DNA of 64,000 nt from the human T2T-CHM13v2.0 reference genome, Homo sapiens: the NCBI RefSeq assembly GCF_009914755.1, contig NC_060934.1; one strand, given 5' to 3'. Both the position numbers and the translations under genes were made by a program. This document shows, in pieces, positions 63,100 through 64,000 of the stretch. Numbering within the stretch: the first letter of the stretch is position 1; each line of letters opens with the position of its first letter. The notes under the pieces are model-generated. The model saw only the letters and a list, made by a program, of their open reading frames with translations. It was not told the origin of the DNA and ran no database searches.

Positions 63100-64000
63100 C
63101 AGCCCAGCCTGGACAGAGGTGAGACGCTCGCGGACCTTAGCTTGGGGTTGGCGGCGTTAGGAAGAAACCGACCTCGAGACCCTGAAGACCTGACAACAGC
63201 CGTTACTCTGGCTGACAAGTCATTGGATTTCTGGCGCACGCGCGGCGCGGCACGGGCAGCTTCCGGTTTCCAGCCTTGCCCCCGCCCCTACCTTCCGCCC
63301 CACCTCCAGGCTAGTTCCTCCTCTTGGCCCCGCCCCCTGACCTTCCTTCTCCCTATCCCTAGGCCCCGCCCCCTGACCCGCACCTTCCCGCCGCCCCTCC
63401 CCGGTTCCATTTCATTGTTGGATTGTGGCGCTTCACTCCTGCTGGCGGCCGGCAGGGGGCGGAGTTCGAGCCTGGATTTTTTTCCTCGGGGCCTCCCCCG
63501 GGAGGCCGTCCCGGCGTGGGGGAGGGGAGGACGGGGCGGGAGGACGCGGTTCGGTCGGCTGCAGCGCTACTTTTGGTCCGGGGTCGGCAGGGAGGCCGCG
63601 GCTACCGCATCACAGCTGACGTGAGGACTACGTGGGGCCGCTGCCGGCTCCGGGTTGCTGGGCGGCGGCGCCGCTGCTGAGCGGCGGTCGGGCTCGCCGT
63701 CTCCACCTCCTCGCGTCCGTAATCAGTGACGAGGTCCGCTACGTAAATCCCTTTGCGGCGGGTAAGTGGTGCGTCGGCTCCGGCCCCGAGACCCAGCAGC
63801 GGGCGACGCGGCGCAGGAGGTGGAGGTGGAGGCAGGAGGCGGAGCGGAGCCGGGTGCGGTGGAGCAGCAGAGGCCGAGCGGAGCCGTGGGCGGCGGGCCG
63901 GGACCCCGGGGCCGGGCCAAGGACTGGCGGGGCAGCCGCGAGTTCACCTGACGCGGCCCCTCGCTCGGCGCCCCCGAGGCCGCCGGCTCGCCGCCCCACG
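63100..64000. promoter_or_regulatory. CREM: CpG island / upstream CREM promoter
   Basis: CpG-dense, with multiple CCCCGCCCC GC boxes, ETS-like CTTCCGG and CRE-like motifs. Gene identity is from known CUL2-CREM head-to-head adjacency; no CREM coding sequence is in the window. Confidence 0.85.
63400..63761 (+). other. CREM: CREM non-coding exon 1 (start approximate)
   Basis: Strong donor GCGG|GTAAGT at 63761/63762 inside the CpG island. Confidence 0.75.

Noticed and set aside
63073-63999. 183-aa and other ORFs in the CREM CpG island
   Set aside because: Start in an Alu or GC-rich promoter DNA; no similarity to CREM protein.

Overview
Human genomic DNA, Alu-dense, from the CUL2-CREM locus (chr10p11). 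CUL2 lies on the minus strand. Its CpG-island promoter with alternative non-coding first exons is at ~26.4-27.3 kb. An alternative upstream coding exon with two donors at ~10.6-10.8 kb gives two N-terminal extensions, and the first canonical coding exon (7761-7901, [16 protein letters not shown]...) ends at a U12 minor-spliceosome donor (GTATCCTTTT). The MIR3611 hairpin sits in CUL2 intron 1 inside a Tigger/MER44 DNA transposon. About 36 kb of repeat-rich sequence (Alu, L1, L2, MIR, Charlie, LTR8, MLT1) separates CUL2 from a second CpG island at the right end, which I assign by locus context to the CREM promoter and exon 1 (+ strand, donor 63761/63762). I found no wholly new biological system. 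The most notable observations are a 252-bp templated insertion into an Alu, a 5'-inverted (twin-priming-like) Alu, an HRE triplet in CUL2 intron 1, a donor/stop/uORF switch in the alternative CUL2 exon, and inverted duplications that create hairpins. Gene, isoform and repeat-family names come from recall, not database searches, and most ORF-track entries are Alu-derived noise.
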